DNA of 64,000 nt, taken from NCBI GenBank assembly GCA_964016885.1, contig OZ024744.1, positions 129,828,001-129,892,000 of the forward strand, given 5' to 3'. Positions 10,801 to 22,500 of this stretch are shown one piece after another (position 1 is the first letter of the stretch; every line of letters starts with the position of its first letter). The stretch is from Eledone cirrhosa. Its lineage: Eukaryota. Position numbers and translations under genes: made by a program. The notes beneath the pieces were generated by a model. The model did not search any database. It had not been told where the DNA came from and saw only the letters and a list, made by a program, of their open reading frames with translations.

Positions 10801-13240
10801 GTTAAGTTGGGGTTAAGTTAAGTTGGGGTTAAGTTAAGTTGCGGTTAAGTTAAGTTGATGTTAAGTTAAGTTGGGGTTAAGTTAAGTTGGGGTTAAGTTA
10901 AGTTGGGGCTAAGTTAAGTTGGGGCTTAGTTAAGTTGGGGCTAAGTTAAGTTGGGGTTAAGTTAAGGTGGGGTTCAGTTAAGTTGGGGTCAACTTAAGTT
11001 GGGGTTAAGTTAAGTTGGGGTTAAGTTAAGTTGGGGTTAAGTTAAGTTGGGGTTAAGTTAAGTTGGGGTTACGTTAAGTTGGGGGTAAGTTAAGTTGGTG
11101 GTAAGTTAAGTTGGGGGTAAGTTAAGATGGGGTTAAGTTAAGTTGGGGTTAATTTAAGTTGGGGTTAAGTTAAGTTGGGGTTAAGTTAAGTTGGGGTTAA
11201 GTTAAGTTGGGGTTAAGTTAAGTTGGGGTTAAATTAAGTTGGGGTTAAATTAAGTTGGGGTTAAGTTAAGTTGGGGTTATGTTAAGTTGGTGTTAAGTTA
11301 AGTTGGGGTTAAGTTAAGTTGGGGTTAAGTTAAGTTGGGGTTAAGTTAGGTTGGTGTTAAGTTAAGTTGGGGTTAAGTTAAGTTGGGGTTAAGTTATGTT
11401 GGGTTTAAATTAAGTTGGGGCTAAGTTAAGTTAGGGCTAAGTTAAGTTGGGGTTAAGTAAAGTTAGGGCTAAGTTAATTTGGGGTTAAGTTAAGTTGGGG
11501 TTAATTTAAGTTGGGGTTACATTAAGTTGAGGTTAAGTTAAGTTGGGGTTAAGTTAAGTTAGGGTTAATTTAAGTTGGGGTTATGTTAAGTTGGGGTTAA
11601 GTTAAGTTGGGGTTAAGTTAAGTTGGGGCTGAGTTAAGTTGGGGTTACGTTAAGTTGGGGTTAAGGTAAGTTGGGGTTAAGTTAAGTTGGGGTTAAGTTA
11701 AGTTGGGTTTAAGTTAAGTTGGGGTTAAGTTAAGTTGGGGTTAAATTAAGTTGGGGTTAATCTAAGTTGGGGTTTAGTTAAATTGAGGTTAAGTTAAGTT
11801 GGGGTTAATTTAAGTTGGGGCTAAGTAAAGTTGGGGCTAAGTTAAGTGGGGGTTAAGTTAAGTTAGGGTTAAGTTAAGTTGGGTTTGAGTTAAGTTGGGG
11901 TTAATTAAGTTGGGGTTAAGTTAAGTTAGGGTTAAGTTAAGTTGGGGTTAAGTTAAGTTGGGGTTAAGTTAAGTTGCGGTTAAGTTAAGTTGAGGTTAAG
12001 TTAAGTTGGGGTTAAGTTAAGTTGGGGTTAAGTTAAGTGGGGCTAAGTTAAGTTGGGGCTAAGTTAAGTTGGGGCTTAGTTAAGTTGGGGTTAAGTTAAG
12101 TTGGGGTTAAGTTAAGGTGGGGTTTAGTTAAGTTGGGGTCAACTAAAGTTGGGGTTAAGTTAAGTTGGGGTTCACTTAAGTTGGGGTTAATCTAAGTTGG
12201 GTTAAGTTAAGTTGGGGTTTATTTAAGTTGGGGTTCAGTTAATTTGGGGTTAAGTTAAGTTTGGGTTAAGTTGGGGTTAAATTAAGTTGGGGTTAAGTTA
12301 AGTTGGGGTTAAGTTACGTTGGGGTTAATTTAAGTTGGGGTTAAGTTAAGTTGCGGGTAATTTAAGTTGGGGTTAAGTTAAGTTGGGGTTAAGTTAAGTT
12401 GGGGTTAAGTTAAGTTGGGGGTAAGTTAAGTTGGGGGTAAGTTAAGTTGGGAGTAAGTTAAGTTGGGGTTAAGTTAAGTTGGGGTTAAGTTAAGTTGGGG
12501 TTAAGTTAAGTTAGGGTTAAGTTAAGTTGGGGTTGAGTTAAGTTGGGGTTAAGTTAAGTTGGGGTTATGTTAAGTTGGGGTTAAGTTTAATTGGGGTTAA
12601 TTTAACTTTGTGGTTAAGTTAAGTTGGGGTTAAGTTAAGTTGGGGTTAAGTTAAGTTGGGGTTAATTTAAGTTGCGGATAAGTTAAGTTGAGGTTAAGTT
12701 AAGTTGGGGTTAAGTTAAGTTGGGGTTAAGTTAAGTTGGGGCTAAGTTAAGTTGGGGCTAAGTTAAGTTGGGGCTTAGTTAAGTTGGGGTTAAGTTAAGT
12801 TGGGGTTAAGTTAAGGTGGGGTTTAGTTAAGTTGGGGTCAACTAAAGTTGGGGTTAAGTTAAGTTGGGGTTAAGTTAAGTTGGGGTTAAGTTGAGTTGGG
12901 GTAAAGTTAAGTTGGGGTTAAGTTAAGTTGGGGTTAATTTAAGTTGGGGTTAAGTTAAGTTGGGGTTAAGTTAAGTTGGGGTTAAGTTAAGTTGGGGTTA
13001 AGTTAAGTTGGGGGTAAGTTAAGTTGGGGTTAAGTTAAGTTGGGGTTAAGTTGGGGTTAAGTTAAGTTAGGGTTAACTTAAGTTGGGGTTAAGTTAAGTG
13101 GTGGTTATGTTAAGTGGTGGTTATGTTAACTTGGGGTTAAGTTAAGTTGGGGTTGAGTTAAATTGGGGTTAAGTTAAGTTGCGGTTAAGTTAAGTTGGGG
13201 TTAAGTTAAGTTGGGGTTAAGTTAATTAGGGTTAAGTTAA
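7886..13240 (+). repeat. ~7.6-kb higher-order repeat, copy B (partial, with internal deletions)
   Basis: Same variant order as copy A. The offset falls from 7600 to 7488 (TCAACTAAAG 4651/12139) and then to 7254 (TGGTGG 5845/13099). It departs from copy A near 13240. Confidence 0.85.
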
Positions 13241-13369
13241 GTTGCGGTTAAGTTAAGTTGGCGTTAAGTTAAGTTGGGGTTAAGTTAAGTTGGGAGTAAG
13301 TTAAGTTGGGGTTAAGTTAAGTTGGGGTTAAGTTAAGTTGGGGTTAAGTTAGATTGTTGTTAAGTTAAG

Positions 13370-16300
13370 TTGGGGTTAATTTAAGTTGGGGTTAAGTTAA
13401 GTTGGGGTTAATTTAAGTTGGGGTTAAGTTAAGTCGGGGTTAAGTTAAGTTGGGGTTACGTTAAGTTGGGGGTAAGTTAAGTTGGTGGTAAGTTAAGTTG
13501 GGGGTAAGTTAAGTTGGGGTTAAGTTAAGTTGGAGTTAAGTTAAGTTGGGGGTAAGTTAAGTTGGGGTTAAGTTAAGTTGGGGTTAAGATAAGTTGGGGT
13601 TAAGTTAAGTTGGGGTTGAGCTAAGTTGGGGTTGAGTTAATTTGGGGTTAAGTTAAGTTGGGGTTAAGTTAAGTTGGGTTTAAGTTAAGTTGGGGTTAAG
13701 TTAAGTTGGGGTTAAATTAAGTTGGGGTTAAGCTAAGTTGGGGTTAAGTTAAATTGAGGTTAAGTTAAGTTGGGGTTAATTTAAGTTGGGGTTAAGCTAA
13801 GTTGGGGTTAAGTTAAATTGAGGTTAAGTTAAGTTGGGGTTAAGTTAAGTTGGGGTTAATTTAAGTTGGGGCTAAGTAAAGTTGGGGCTAAGTTAAGTGG
13901 GGGTTAAGTTAAGTTAGGGTTGAGTTAAGTTGGGGTTAAGTTAACTTTGGGTTAAGTTAAGTTGGGTTTGAATTAAGTTGGGGTTAATTAAGTTGGGGTT
14001 AAGTTAAGTTGGGGTTAAGTTAAGTTGCGGTTAAGTTAAGTTGAGGTTAAGTTAAGTTGGGGTTAAGTGAAGTTGGGGTTAAGTTAAGTTGGGGCTAAGT
14101 TAAGTTGGGGCTAAGTTAAGTTGGGGCTTAGTTAAGTTGGGGTTAAGTTAAGTTGGGGTTAAGTTAAGGTGGGGTTTAGTTAAGTTGGGGTCAACTAAAG
14201 TTGGGGTTAAGTTAAGTTGGGGTTCACTTAAGTTGGGGTTAAGTTAAGTTGGGGTTAAGTTAGATTGTTGTTAAGTTAAGTTGGGGTTAAGTTAAGTTGG
14301 GGTTAATTTAAGTTGGGGTTAATTTAAGTTGGGTCTAATTAAGTTGGGGTTAAGTTAAGTTGGGGTTAAGTTAAGTTGGGGTTAAGTTAAGTTGGGGTTA
14401 AGTTAAGTTGGGGTTAAGTTAAGTTGGGTTTACGTTAAGTTGGGGGTAAGTTAAGTTGGTGGTAAGTTAAGTTGGGGGATAGTTAAGATGGGGTTAAGTT
14501 AAGTTGGGGTTAATTTAATTTGGGGTTAAGTTAAGTTAGGGTTAAGTTAAGTTGGGGTTGAGTTAAGTCGGGGTTCAGTTAAGTTGGGGTTATGTTATGT
14601 TGGGGTTAAGTTAAGTTGGGGTTAAGTTAAGTTGGGGTTCAATTAAGTTGCGGGTAATTTAAGTTGGGGTTAAGTTAAGTTGGGGGTACGTTAAGTTGGG
14701 GGTAAGTTAAGTTGGGGTTAAGTTAAGTTGGGGTTAAGTTAAGTCGGGGTTAATTTAAGTTGGGGTTAAGTTAAGTTGGGGTTAAGTTAAGTTGGGATTA
14801 AGTTAAGTTGGGGTTAAGTTAAGTTGGGGTTGAGTTAAGTTGGGGTTAAGTTAGATTGTTGTTATGTTATTTTGGGGTTAAGTTAAGTTGCGGTTAAGTT
14901 AAGTTGGGGTAAAGTTAAGTTGGGGTTAAGTTAAGTTGGGGTTAAGTTAAGTTGGGGTTAAGTTAAGTTGGGGTTAATTTAAGTTGGGGTTAAGTTAAGT
15001 CGGGGTTAAGTTAAGTTGGGGTTACGTTAAGTTGGGGGTAAGTTAAGTTGGTGGTAAGTTAAGTTGGGGGTAAGTTAAGATGGGGTTAAGTTAAGTTGGG
15101 GTTAATTTAATTTGGGGTTAAGTTAAGTTGGGGTTAAGTTAAGTTGGGGTTAAGTTAAGTTGGAGTTAAGTTAAGTTGGGGGTAAGTTAAGTTGGGGTTA
15201 AGTTAAGTTGGGGTTAAGATAAGTTGGGGTTAAGTTAAGTTGGGGTTGAGCTAAGTTGGGGTTGAGTTAATTTGGGGTTAAGTTAAGTTGGGGTTAAGTT
15301 AAGTTGGGTTTAAGTTAAGTTGGGGTTAAGTTAAGTTGGGGTTAAATTAAGTTGGGGTTAAGCTAAGTTGGGGTTAAGTTAAATTGAGGTTAAGTTAAGT
15401 TGGGGTTAATTTAAGTTGGGGTTAAGCTAAGTTGGGGTTAAGTTAAATTGAGGTTAAGTTAAGTTGGGGTTAAGTTAAGTTGGGGTTAATTTAAGTTGGG
15501 GCTAAGTAAAGTTGGGGCTAAGTTAAGTGGGGGTTAAGTTAAGTTAGGGTTGAGTTAAGTTGGGGTTAAGTTAACTTGGGGTTAAGTTAAGTTGGGTTTG
15601 AATTAAGTTGGGGTTAATTAAGTTGGGGTTAAGTTAAGTTGGGGTTAAGTTAAGTTGCGGTTAAGTTAAGTTGAGGTTAAGTTAAGTTGGGGTTAAGTGA
15701 AGTTGGGGTTAAGTTAAGTTGGGGCTAAGTTAAGTTGGGGCTAAGTTAAGTTGGGGCTTAGTTAAGTTGGGGTTAAGTTAAGTTGGGGTTAAGTTAAGGT
15801 GGGGTTTAGTTAAGTTGGGGTCAACTAAAGTTGGGGTTAAGTTAAGTTGGGGTTCACTTAAGTTGGGGTTAAGTTAAGTTGGGGTTAAGTTAGATTGTTG
15901 TTAAGTTAAGTTGGGGTTAAGTTAAGTTGGGGTTAATTTAAGTTGGGGTTAATTTAAGTTGGGTCTAATTAAGTTGGGGTTAAGTTAAGTTGGGGTTAAG
16001 TTAAGTTGGGGTTAAATTAAGTTGGGGTTAAGTTAAGTTGGGGTTAAGTTAAGTTGGGTTTGCGTTAAGTTGGGGGTAAGTTAAGTTGGTGCTAAGTTAA
16101 GTTGGGGGATAGTTAAGATGGGGTTAAGTTAAGTTGGGGTTAATTTAATTTGGGGTTAAGTTAAGTTAGGGTTAAGTTAAGTTGGGGTTGAGTTAAGTCG
16201 GGGTTCAGTTAAGTTGGGGTTATGTTATGTTGGGGTTAAGTTAAGTTGGGGTTAAGTTAAGTTGGGGTTCAATTAAGTTGCGGGTAATTTAAGTTGGGGT

Positions 16301-16610
16301 TAAGTTAAGTTGGGGGTACGTTAAGTTGGGGGTAAGTTAAGTTGGGGTTAAGTTAAGTTGGGGTTAAGTTAAGTCGGGGTTAATTTAAGTTGGGGTTAAG
16401 TTAAGTTGGGGTTAAGTTAAGTTGGGATTAAGTTAAGTTGGGGTTAAGTTAAGTTGGGGTTGAGTTAAGTTGGGGTTAAGTTAGATTGTTGTTATGTTAT
16501 TTTGGGGTTAAGTTAAGTTGCGGTTAAGTTAAGTTGGGGTAAAGTTAAGTTGGGGTTAAGTTAAGTTGGGGTTAAGTTAAGTTGGGGTTAAGTTAAGTTG
16601 GGGTTAATTT
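13370..16610 (+). repeat. 1630-bp tandem duplication within the satellite
   Basis: GAGCTAAG at 13618/15248 and TTAGATTGTTGTTATG at 14851/16481, both at offset 1630. Confidence 0.85.
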
Positions 16611-19039
16611 AAGTTCGGGTTAAGTTAAGTTGGGGTTAATTTAAGTTGGGGTTAATTTAAGTTGGGGTCAAGTTAAGTTGGGGTTAAGTTAAGTTGGGGT
16701 AAAGTTAAGTTGGGGTTAAGTTAAGTTGGGGTTAAGTTAAGTTGGGGTTAAGTTGGGGTTAAGTTAAGTTAGGGTTAACTTAAGTTGGGGTTGTGTTAAG
16801 TGGTGGTTATGTTAAGTGGTGGTTATGTTAAGTTGGGGTTAAGTTAAGTTGGGGTTAAGTTAAATTGGGGTTAAGTTAAGTTGCGGTTAAGTTAAGTTGG
16901 GGTTAAGTTAAGTTGGGATTAAGTTAAGTTGGGGTTAAGTTAAGTCGGGGTTAAGTTAAGTTAGGGTTAAGTTAAGTTGGGGTTAATTTAAGTTGGGGTT
17001 AAGTTAAGTTGAGGTTAAATTTAAGTAGGGGTTAAATTATGTTGGGGTTAAGTTAAGTTGGGGATAAGTTAAGTTGGGCATAAGTTAAGTTGGGGTTAAT
17101 TAAGTTGGGTTTAAGTTAAGTTGGGGTTAAGTTAAGTTGGGGTTAAGTTAAGTTGGGGTTAAGTTAAGTTGGTTAGTTAAGTTGAGTTTAAGTTAAGTTG
17201 GGCTTAATTTAAGTTGGGGTTAAGTTAAGTTGGGGTTAAGTTAGATTGTTGTTAAGTTAAGTTGGGGTTAAGTTAAGTTGGGGTTAATTTAAGTTGGGGT
17301 TAATTTAAGTTGGGTCTAATTAAGTTGGGGTTAAGTTAAGTTGGGGGTAAGTTAAGTTGGGGTTAAGTAAAGTTGGGGTTAAGTTAAGTTGGGGTTAAGT
17401 TAAGTTAGGCTTAAGTTAAGTTGGGGTTAAGTTAAGTTGGGGGTGAGTTAAGTTGGGGGTAAGTTAAGTTGGGGTTAAGTTAAGTTGGGGTTAAGTTGGG
17501 GTTAAGTTTGTGTTAAGTTAATTTGGGGTTGAGTTAAGTTGGGGTTAAGTTAAGTGGTGGTTGTTAAGTTGGGGTTAAGTTAAGTTGGGGTTAATTTAAA
17601 TTGGGGTTAATTTAACTTTGTTGTTAAGTTAAGTTGGGGTTAATTTAAGTTGGGGTTAAGTTAAGTTGGGGTTGAGTTAAGTTGGGGTTGAGTGAAGTTG
17701 GGGTTAAGTTAAGTTGGGGTTAAATTAAGTTGGGGTTAAGTTAAGTTGGGGTTAATTTAAGTTGGGGTTAAGTTAAGTTGGGGTTAAATTCAGTCGGGGT
17801 TAAGTTAAGTCGGGGTTAAGTTACGTTTGGGTTAAGTTAAGTTGGGGTTAAGTTAAGTTGGGGTTGAGTTAAGTTGGGGTTAAGTTAAGTTGGGGTTAAA
17901 ATAAGTTGGGGTTAAGTTAAGTTGGGGTTGAGTTAAGTTGGGGTTGAGTTAATTTGGGGTTAAGTTACGTTGGGGTTAACTTAAGTTGGGTTTAATTTAA
18001 GTTGGGGTTAAGTTAAGTTGGGGTTAAATTAAGTTGGGTTTAAGTTAAGTTGGGGGTAAGATAAGTTGGGGTTAGTTAAGTTGCGGTTAAGTTAAGTTGG
18101 GGTTAAGTTAAGTTGGGGTTAAGTTAAGTTGGGGTTAAGTTAAGTTGGGGTTAATTTAAGTTGGGGTTAAGTTAAGTTGGGGTTAATTTAAGTTGGGGTT
18201 AATTTAAGTTGGGGTTAAGTTAAGTTGGGGTTAAGTTAAGTTGGGGTAAAGTTAAGTTGGGGGTAAGTTAAGTTGGGGTTAAGTTAAGTTGGGGTTAAGT
18301 TGGGGTTAAGTTAAGTTAGGGTTAACTTAAGTTGGGGTTGTGTTAAGTGGTGGTTATGTTAAGTGGTGGTTATGTTAAGTTGGGGTTAAGTTAAATTGGG
18401 GTTAAGTTAAGTTGCGGTTAAGTTAAGTTGGGGTTAAGTTAAGTTGGGGTTAAGTTAATTAGGGTTAAGTTAAGTTGGGGTTAAGTTAAGTTGGGGTTAA
18501 GTTAATTTGTTGTTAAGTTAAGTTGGGGTTAAGTTAGGTTGGTGTTAAGTTAAGTTGGGGTTAAGTTAATTTGTGGTTAAGTTAAGTTGGGGTTAAGTTA
18601 AGTTGGGGTTAAGTTAAGTTGGGGTTAAAATAAGTTGGGGTTAAGTTAAGTTGGGGTTGAGTTAAGTTGGGGTTGAGTTAATTTGGGGTTAAGTTAAGTT
18701 GGGGTTAACTTAAGTTGGGTTTAATTTAAGTTGAGGTTAATTTAAGTTGGGGTTAAATTAAGTTGGGGTTAAGTTAAGTTGGGGGTAAGATAAGTTGCGG
18801 TTAGTTAAGTTGCGGTTAAGTTAAGTTGGGGTAAAGTTAAGTTGGGGTTAAGTTAAGTTGGGGTTAAGTTAAGTTGGGGTTAAGTTAAGTTCGGGTTAAT
18901 TTAAGTTGGGGTTAAGTTAAGTTGGGGTTAATTTAAGTTGGGGTTAATTTAAGTTGGGGTCAAGTTAAGTTGGGGTTAAGTTAAGTTGGGGTAAAGTTAA
19001 GTTGGGGTTAAGTTAAGTTGGGGTTAAGTTAAGTTGGGG

Positions 19040-19540
19040 TTAAGTTGGGGTTAAGTTAAGTTAGGGTTAACTTAAGTTGGGGTTGTGTTAAGTGGTGGTT
19101 ATGTTAAGTGGTGGTTATGTTAAGTTGGGGTTAAGTTAAGTTGTGGTTAAGTTAAATTGGGGTTAAGTTAAGTTGCGGTTAATTTAAGTTGGGGTTAAGT
19201 TAAGTTGGGGTTAAGTTAATTAGGGTTAAGTTAAGTTGGGGTTAAGTTAAGTTGGGGTTAAGTTAAGTTGGGGTTAAGTTAAGTCGGGGTTAAGTTGGGG
19301 TTAAGTTAAGTTAGGGTTAACTTAAGTTGGGGTTGTGTTAAGTGGTGGTTATGTTAAGTGGTGGTTATGTTAAGTTGGGGTTAAGTTAAGTTGTGGTTAA
19401 GTTAAATTGGGGTTAAGTTAAGTTGCGGTTAATTTAAGTTGGGGTTAAGTTAAGTTGGGGTTAAGTTAATTAGGGTTAAGTTAAGTTGGGGTTAAGTTAA
19501 GTTGGGGTTAAGTTAAGTTGGGGTTAAGTTAAGTCGGGGT
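19040..19540 (+). repeat. 250-bp tandem duplication within the satellite
   Basis: TGTGTTAAGTGGTGG at 19084/19334 and TTGTGG at 19141/19391. The length 250 equals 14x16 + 11 + 15, matching the 11-mer and 15-mer variants inside it. Confidence 0.85.
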
Positions 19541-22500
19541 TAATTTAAGTTGGGGTTAAGTTAAGTTGAGGTTAAAGTTAAGTAGGGGTTAAATTATGTT
19601 GGGGTTAAGTTAAGTTGGGGATAAGTTAAGTTGGGGATAAGTTAAGTTGGGGTTAATTAAGTTGGGTTTAAGTTAACTTGGGGTTAAGTTAAGTTGGGGT
19701 TAAGTTAAGTTGGGGTTAAGTTAAGTTGGTTAGTTAAGTTGAGTTTAAGTTAAGTTGGGCTTAATTTAAGTTGGGGTTAAGTTAAGTTGGGGTTAAGTTA
19801 AGTTGGGGTTAAGTTAAGTTGGGGTTAAGTTAAGTTGGGGTTCAGTTAAGTTGGGGTTAATTTAAGTTGGGGTTAAGTTGGGGTAAAGTTAAGTTGGGGT
19901 TAAGTTAAGTTGGGGTTAAGTTAAGTTGGGGTTAAGTTAAGTTGGGGTTAAGTTAAGTTGCGGTTAAGTTAAGTTGAGGTTAAGTTAAGTTGGGGTTAAG
20001 TTAAGTTGGGGTTAAGTTAAGTTGGGGCTAAGTTAAGTTGGGGCTAAGTTAAGTTGGGGCTAAGTTAAGTTGGGGTTAAGTTAACTTTGGGTTAAGTTAA
20101 GTTGGGTTTGAGTTAAGTTGGGGTTAATTAAGTTGGGGTTAAGTTAAGTTGGGGTTAAGTTAAGTTGGGGTTAAGTTAAGTTGGGGTTAAGTTAAGTTGC
20201 GGTTAAGTTAAGTTGATGTTAAGTTAAGTTGGGGTTAAGTTAAGTTGGGGTTAAGTTAAGTTGGGGCTAAGTTAAGTTGGGGCTAAGTTAAGTTGGGGCT
20301 AAGTTAAGTTGGTGGTAAGTTAAGTTGGGGGTAAGTTAAGATGGGGTTAAGTTAAGTTGGGGTTAATTTAAGTTGGGGTTAAGTTAAGTTGGGGTTAAGT
20401 TAAGTTGGGGTTAAGTTAAGTTGGGGTTAAGTTAAGTTGGGGTTAAATTAACTTGGGGTTAAATTAAGTTGGGGTTAAGTTAAGTTGGGGTTATGTTAAG
20501 TTGGTGTTAAGTTAAGTTGGGGTTAAGTTAAGTTGGGGTTAAGTTAAGTTGGGGTTAAGTTAGGTTGGTGTTAAGTTAAGTTGGGGTTAAGTTAAGTTGG
20601 GGTTAAGTTATGTTGGGTTTAAGTTAAGTTGGGGCTAAGTAAAGTTAGGGCTAAGTTAAGTTGTGGTTAAGTAAAGTTAGGGCTAAGTTAATTTGGGGTT
20701 AAGTTAAGTTGGGGTTAATTTAAGTTGGGGTTACATTAAGTTGAGGTTAAGTTAAGTTGGGGTTAAGTTAAGTTAGGGTTAATTTAAGTTGGGGTTATGT
20801 TAAGTTGGGGTTAAGTTAAGTTGGGGTTAAGTTAAGTTGGGGCTGAGTTAAGTTGGGGTTACGTTAAGTTGGGGTTAAGGTAAGTTGGGGTTAAGTTAAG
20901 TTGGGGTTAAGTTAAGTTGGGTTTAAGTTAAGTTGGGGTTAAGTTAAGTTGGGGTTAAATTAAGTTGGGGTTAATCTAAGTTGGGGTTAAGTTAAATTGA
21001 GGTTAAGTTAAGTTGGGGTTAATTTAAGTTGGGGTTAAGCTAAGTTGGGGTTAAGTTAAATTGAGGTTAAGTTAAGTTGGGGTTAAGTTAAGTTGGGGTT
21101 AATTTAAGTTGGGGCTAAGTAAAGTTGGGGCTAAGTTAAGTGGGGGTTGAGTTAAGTTAAGGTTGAGTTAAGTTGGGGTTAAGTTAACTTTGGGTTAAGT
21201 TAAGTTGGGTTTGAGTTAAGTTGGGGTTAATTAAGTTGGGGTTAAGTTAAGTTGGGGTTAAGTTAAGTTGGGGTTAAGTTAAGTTGGGGTTAAGTTAAGT
21301 TGCGGTTAAGTTAAGTTGAGGTTAAGTTAAGTTGGGGTTAAGTTAAGTTGGGGTTAAGTTAAGTTGGGGCTAAGTTAAGTTGGGGCTAAGTTAAGTTGGG
21401 ACTTAGTTAAGTTGGGGTTAAGTTAAGTTGGGGTTAAGTTAAGGTGGGGTTTAGTTAAGTTGGGGTCAACTAAAGTTGGGGTTAAGTTAAGTTGGGGTTC
21501 ACTTAAGTTGGGGTTAATCTAAGTTGGGGTTAAGTTAAGTTGGGGTTTATTTAAGTTGGGGTTCAGTTAATTTGGGGTTAAGTTAAGTTTGGGTTAAGTT
21601 GGGGTTAAATTAAGTTGGGGTTAAGTTAAGTTGGGGTTAAGTTACGTTGGGGTTAATTTAAGTTGGGGTTAAGTTAAGTTGCGGGTAATTTAAGTTGGGG
21701 TTAAGTTAAGTTGCGGTTAAGTTAAGTTGAGGTTAAGTTAAGTTGGGGTTAAGTTAAGTTGGGGCTAAGTTAAGTTGGAGCTAAGTTAAGTTGGGGCTAA
21801 GTTAAGTTGGGGTTAAGTTAAGTTGGGGTTAAGTTAAGGTGGGGTTAAGTTAAGTTGGGGTCAACTTAAGTTGGGGTTAATTTATGTTGGGGTTAACTTA
21901 AGTTGGGGTTAAGTTAAGTTGGGGTTAAGTTAAGTTGGGGTTAAGTTAAGTTGGGGTTACGTTAAGTTGGGGGTAAGTTAAGTTGGTGGTAAGTTAAGTT
22001 GGGGGTAAGTTAAGATGGGGTTAAGTTAAGTTGGGGTTAATTTAATTTGGGGTTAAGTTAAGTTAGGGTTAAGTTAAGTTGGGGTTGAGTTAAGTTGGGG
22101 TTAAGTTAAGTTGGGGTTATGTTAAGTTGGGGTTAAGTTAAGTTGGGGTTAAGTTAAGTTGGGGTTCAATTAAGTTGCGGTTAATTTAAGTTGGGGTTTA
22201 GTTAAGTTGGGGTTAAGTTAAGTTGGGGTTAAATTAAGTTGGGGATAAATTAAGTTGGGGTTAAGTTAAGTTGGGGTTATGTTAAGTTGGTGTTAAGTTA
22301 AGTTGGGGTTAAGTTAAGTTGGGGTTAAGTTAGGTTGGTGTTAATTTAAGTTGGGGGTAAGTTAAGTTGGGGGTAAGTTAAGTTGGTGTTAAGTTAAGTT
22401 GGGGTTAAGTTAAGTTGGGGTTAAGTAAAGTTGGGGTTAAGTTAGGGTCGAGTTAAGTTGGGGTTAAGTTAAGTGGGGGTTATATTAAGTTGGGGTCAAG

